47,631 bases of DNA from Myxococcales bacterium (GTDB lineage: Bacteria; Myxococcota; B64-G9): assembly GCA_027031935.1 (NCBI GenBank), contig JALVPF010000093.1:1-47631 (forward strand). The letters are read 5' to 3'. The translations under genes and the position numbers were made by a program. Within the stretch, counting starts at the first letter, position 1, and each line of letters begins with the position of its first letter. Shown here piece after piece: positions 45,929 to 47,631 of the stretch. The notes beneath the pieces are model-generated. The model was not told the origin of the DNA. It worked only from the letters and a program-made list of their open reading frames with translations, and made no database searches.

Positions 45929-46771
45929 TCAAAGCTCGTCTTCAGCCAGTACGACGATGGTGTCCTTGGGCCCAATCTCTATCTCCCGGTTTTTATCCAC
46001 GTTCAAGATTACACCGAAGTTTTCCCTTGGGCTATATGCCAGCTCGGCCTTGCGAAAACCCAGGCAGATCTCGTCTCGCTTCAGCACCTGTCCAATCAGG
46101 TCTGCGAAGGTCAGTTTGATGGGTAATGACCCGAAGTATAGACTTGCCGGTTTCAGGTAGATCTCGCTGCCTTCCTCCTGGAAGATATCATCGTAGAGAT
46201 CCTTGATGCGCGGTTCTTCGCTGAGTTGGGCAAAGATCATGGTGATTAGCTTGTTACTGATGATGAAATCGTCCACGTTGGTCTGGGTGATCAGCTCCTG
46301 GTTTTCCGAGTTCAGGACCTGGGTGATCAGCTTCGTGTTTATCTTGTGAACCGAGCTATCCTTCAGGATCTTTCTGAGCAGCAATAAAATCACCAGCGTC
46401 TCAGAATCTGTCCTCTCAGGTGAACTCACCCCTTCTTCCTGTGAGAGAATTATGACGTTGTCGTATATAAAGGGTTTGAGAGCCTGCAGGTCGGCAAACA
46501 CCATGGGGTTTGCGTTGACAAGCTCTATTCTCAGGCTGGTTTTTTCTCTCCGCAGCCTCTGAACCTCAGAGACCACTGCCTCGGATGGATTGTGTACCAC
46601 GATGTCTATTTGCGAACCATTGAGCAAATAGTCGGAGTATTGGTCAACCACTATATGAGCTATACCGTGCCAGCCGAGAATGAGTTCTTTCTCTCTATGT
46701 TTTTCAAGGGCCACCTTTTTATAGGGCAACTGCCGCGGCTTGCAAACAGGCTCACGATTGAAAGGGATCAT
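45929..46771 (-). CDS. RCK/TrkA-like regulatory domain protein resembling the C-terminal half of CASTOR/POLLUX-type ion channels; possibly a 5'-truncated remnant
   Basis: 280 aa: KELILGWHGIAHIVVDQYSDYLLNGSQIDIVV...VIILSQEE...DSETLVILLLLRKI...LITQVLNSENQELI...DDFIISNKLITMIFAQLSEEP...IYLKPASLYF...LTFADL...EICLGFRK. There is no TM or pore region, no Shine-Dalgarno, and an in-frame stop 6 codons upstream of the ATG. Confidence 0.55.
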   Translation of the reverse strand: MIPFNREPVCKPRQLPYKKVALEKHREKELILGWHGIAHIVVDQYSDYLLNGSQIDIVVHNPSEAVVSEVQRLRREKTSLRIELVNANPMVFADLQALKPFIYDNVIILSQEEGVSSPERTDSETLVILLLLRKILKDSSVHKINTKLITQVLNSENQELITQTNVDDFIISNKLITMIFAQLSEEPRIKDLYDDIFQEEGSEIYLKPASLYFGSLPIKLTFADLIGQVLKRDEICLGFRKAELAYSPRENFGVILNVDKNREIEIGPKDTIVVLAEDEL

Positions 46772-47074
46772 ATATACAAGGTACTTGTTCTACTGTGAGC
46801 CGAGAGAGCTCAAAGGATCAATAAAAAAACTTGCCATTGCATCAATCATCTGTATGATTCCCGTCCGTGTTTAACTGACTAGGGAGTTTGTCCCTTTATG
46901 GACGTCAACCTACATAGCCCGTGCTTGTGCGTGGATTAAGGCAGGTGGCTGTCTCCAGACTCCAGTAACCCACCTCCCCTTTTCCGTCGAACACCAAATC
47001 TCCTTTGGCATCACAGGCGCGGCATAGCACCAGGCTTTGCACCCTAGGGCACGGGTACGAGCAAAGGAGAGAGG

Positions 47075-47497
47075 ATGGTGGGCACCTTGCACCAGTTAGG
47101 AACTCATCTTATAGTAGAGCTGACAGGATGTGACTTCAGGAACCTGGATGACGAAGGCAAAATCAGGGACCTGATGGTCCATGCTGCCAAAAAGGCCAGG
47201 GCCACGGTCTTGGATGCAACTTTTCACAAGTTTTCACCACAAGGAGTAAGCGGAGTGGTGGTCCTTGCAGAAAGCCACATGTCCATTCACACATGGCCCG
47301 AATTGGGCTATGCAGCCGTGGACGTTTTCACCTGTGGCGACTATGCCATGCCGCATCGGGCTGTGGACGAACTCGTCAGTGCCCTCAAGCCCCAACGTAC
47401 TGATGTTCAGGAAATGCCAAGAGGCGTACCTGAACCAGAACCTGCTTATGCTCAAAGCAGCTTCTCCCTGGATCTGCTAACGCAGGAGTCTTTGTGA
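47075..47497 (+). CDS. speH: S-adenosylmethionine decarboxylase proenzyme (pyruvoyl-dependent, small bacterial/archaeal class)
   Basis: GTHLIVELTGC...VVVLAESHMSIHTWPELGYAAVDVFTCGD contains the E-S self-cleavage site and the HTWPE motif. AAGGAGAGAGG precedes the ATG. Confidence 0.9.
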   Translation: MVGTLHQLGTHLIVELTGCDFRNLDDEGKIRDLMVHAAKKARATVLDATFHKFSPQGVSGVVVLAESHMSIHTWPELGYAAVDVFTCGDYAMPHRAVDELVSALKPQRTDVQEMPRGVPEPEPAYAQSSFSLDLLTQESL

Positions 47498-47631
47498 GCT
47501 GGGAAAACGATAATAACTGGCTAAAGGATGATCTATCCAAGGATCAAGTCATTCTTCACAGGATCAACAAGAGGGTATGCTCCGCCCAGACCCCGTTCCA
47601 AAAGGTGGAATTGATCCAGACCGCCAGGTAT
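47494..47631 (+). CDS. speE: Spermidine synthase, N-terminal fragment (continues beyond the window)
   Basis: My own translation from the GTG at 47494 (GTGA overlap with the speH stop): VSWENDNNWLKDDLSKDQVILHRINKRVCSAQTPFQKVELIQTARY. This fits the SpeE N-terminal pattern (...S.yQ.i.i.et..fG) and the usual speH-speE order. Confidence 0.7.
   Translation, partial: MSWENDNNWLKDDLSKDQVILHRINKRVCSAQTPFQKVELIQTARY

Noticed and set aside
46900-47074. Possible structured leader or riboswitch upstream of speH
   Set aside because: The evidence is GCCCGTGC at 46917..46924 pairing with GCACGGGT at 47049..47056, and AGGTGG/CCACCT at 46943/46970. These are short helices that could arise by chance. I could not match any SAM or polyamine riboswitch consensus from memory. 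An Rfam/cmscan search and comparative alignment would be needed before calling it.

Overview
47.6-kb chromosomal segment of a Gram-negative bacterium. It is probably a Myxococcota/deltaproteobacterial-type lineage; this is inferred from an MglA-family GTPase, giant Cys-rich lipoproteins with MopE-like motifs, and dense ECF/c-di-GMP/chemosensory signalling. No rRNA, tRNA, CRISPR array, transposase or integrase was recognised. About 45 protein genes are supported. Housekeeping genes: fadD-like acyl-CoA ligase, archaeal-type phosphoglycerate mutase, hsp20, lon, OPT transporter, ackA, rlmE, MoxR ATPase, F1 ATP synthase atpHAGDC, and speH-speE. These are interspersed with less ordinary content. (1) 44036..45798: a visibly AT-richer two-gene module, an ABC/SMC-type AAA ATPase translationally coupled to a small Toprim-like (DUF4276-like) protein. 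It looks like a split OLD/PARIS/AbiL-type anti-phage system and is my top candidate for an uncharacterised system. (2) A ~150-165 nt structured repeat in two near-identical copies (35736..35885, 43811..43975), plus a degenerate partial copy at 3484..3525. It carries a conserved small + strand ORF and a long-range stem. (3) Two adjacent giant secreted Cys-rich proteins (1612 and 1271 aa) with different tandem repeat families; one ends in a metzincin protease and the other in LTD plus a beta-propeller. (4) An MglA-like GTPase coupled to PocR-HK, RR, MCP, CheW and a degenerate GGDEF with a retained I-site, with no CheA or MglB. (5) Two paralogous secreted proteins with an internal pilin-like helix; one has a full GspG-like domain. 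(6) A 5'-nucleotidase-like protein with degenerate metal motifs fused to a putative OM beta-barrel. All family assignments come from reading the translations by eye; no database search was run.
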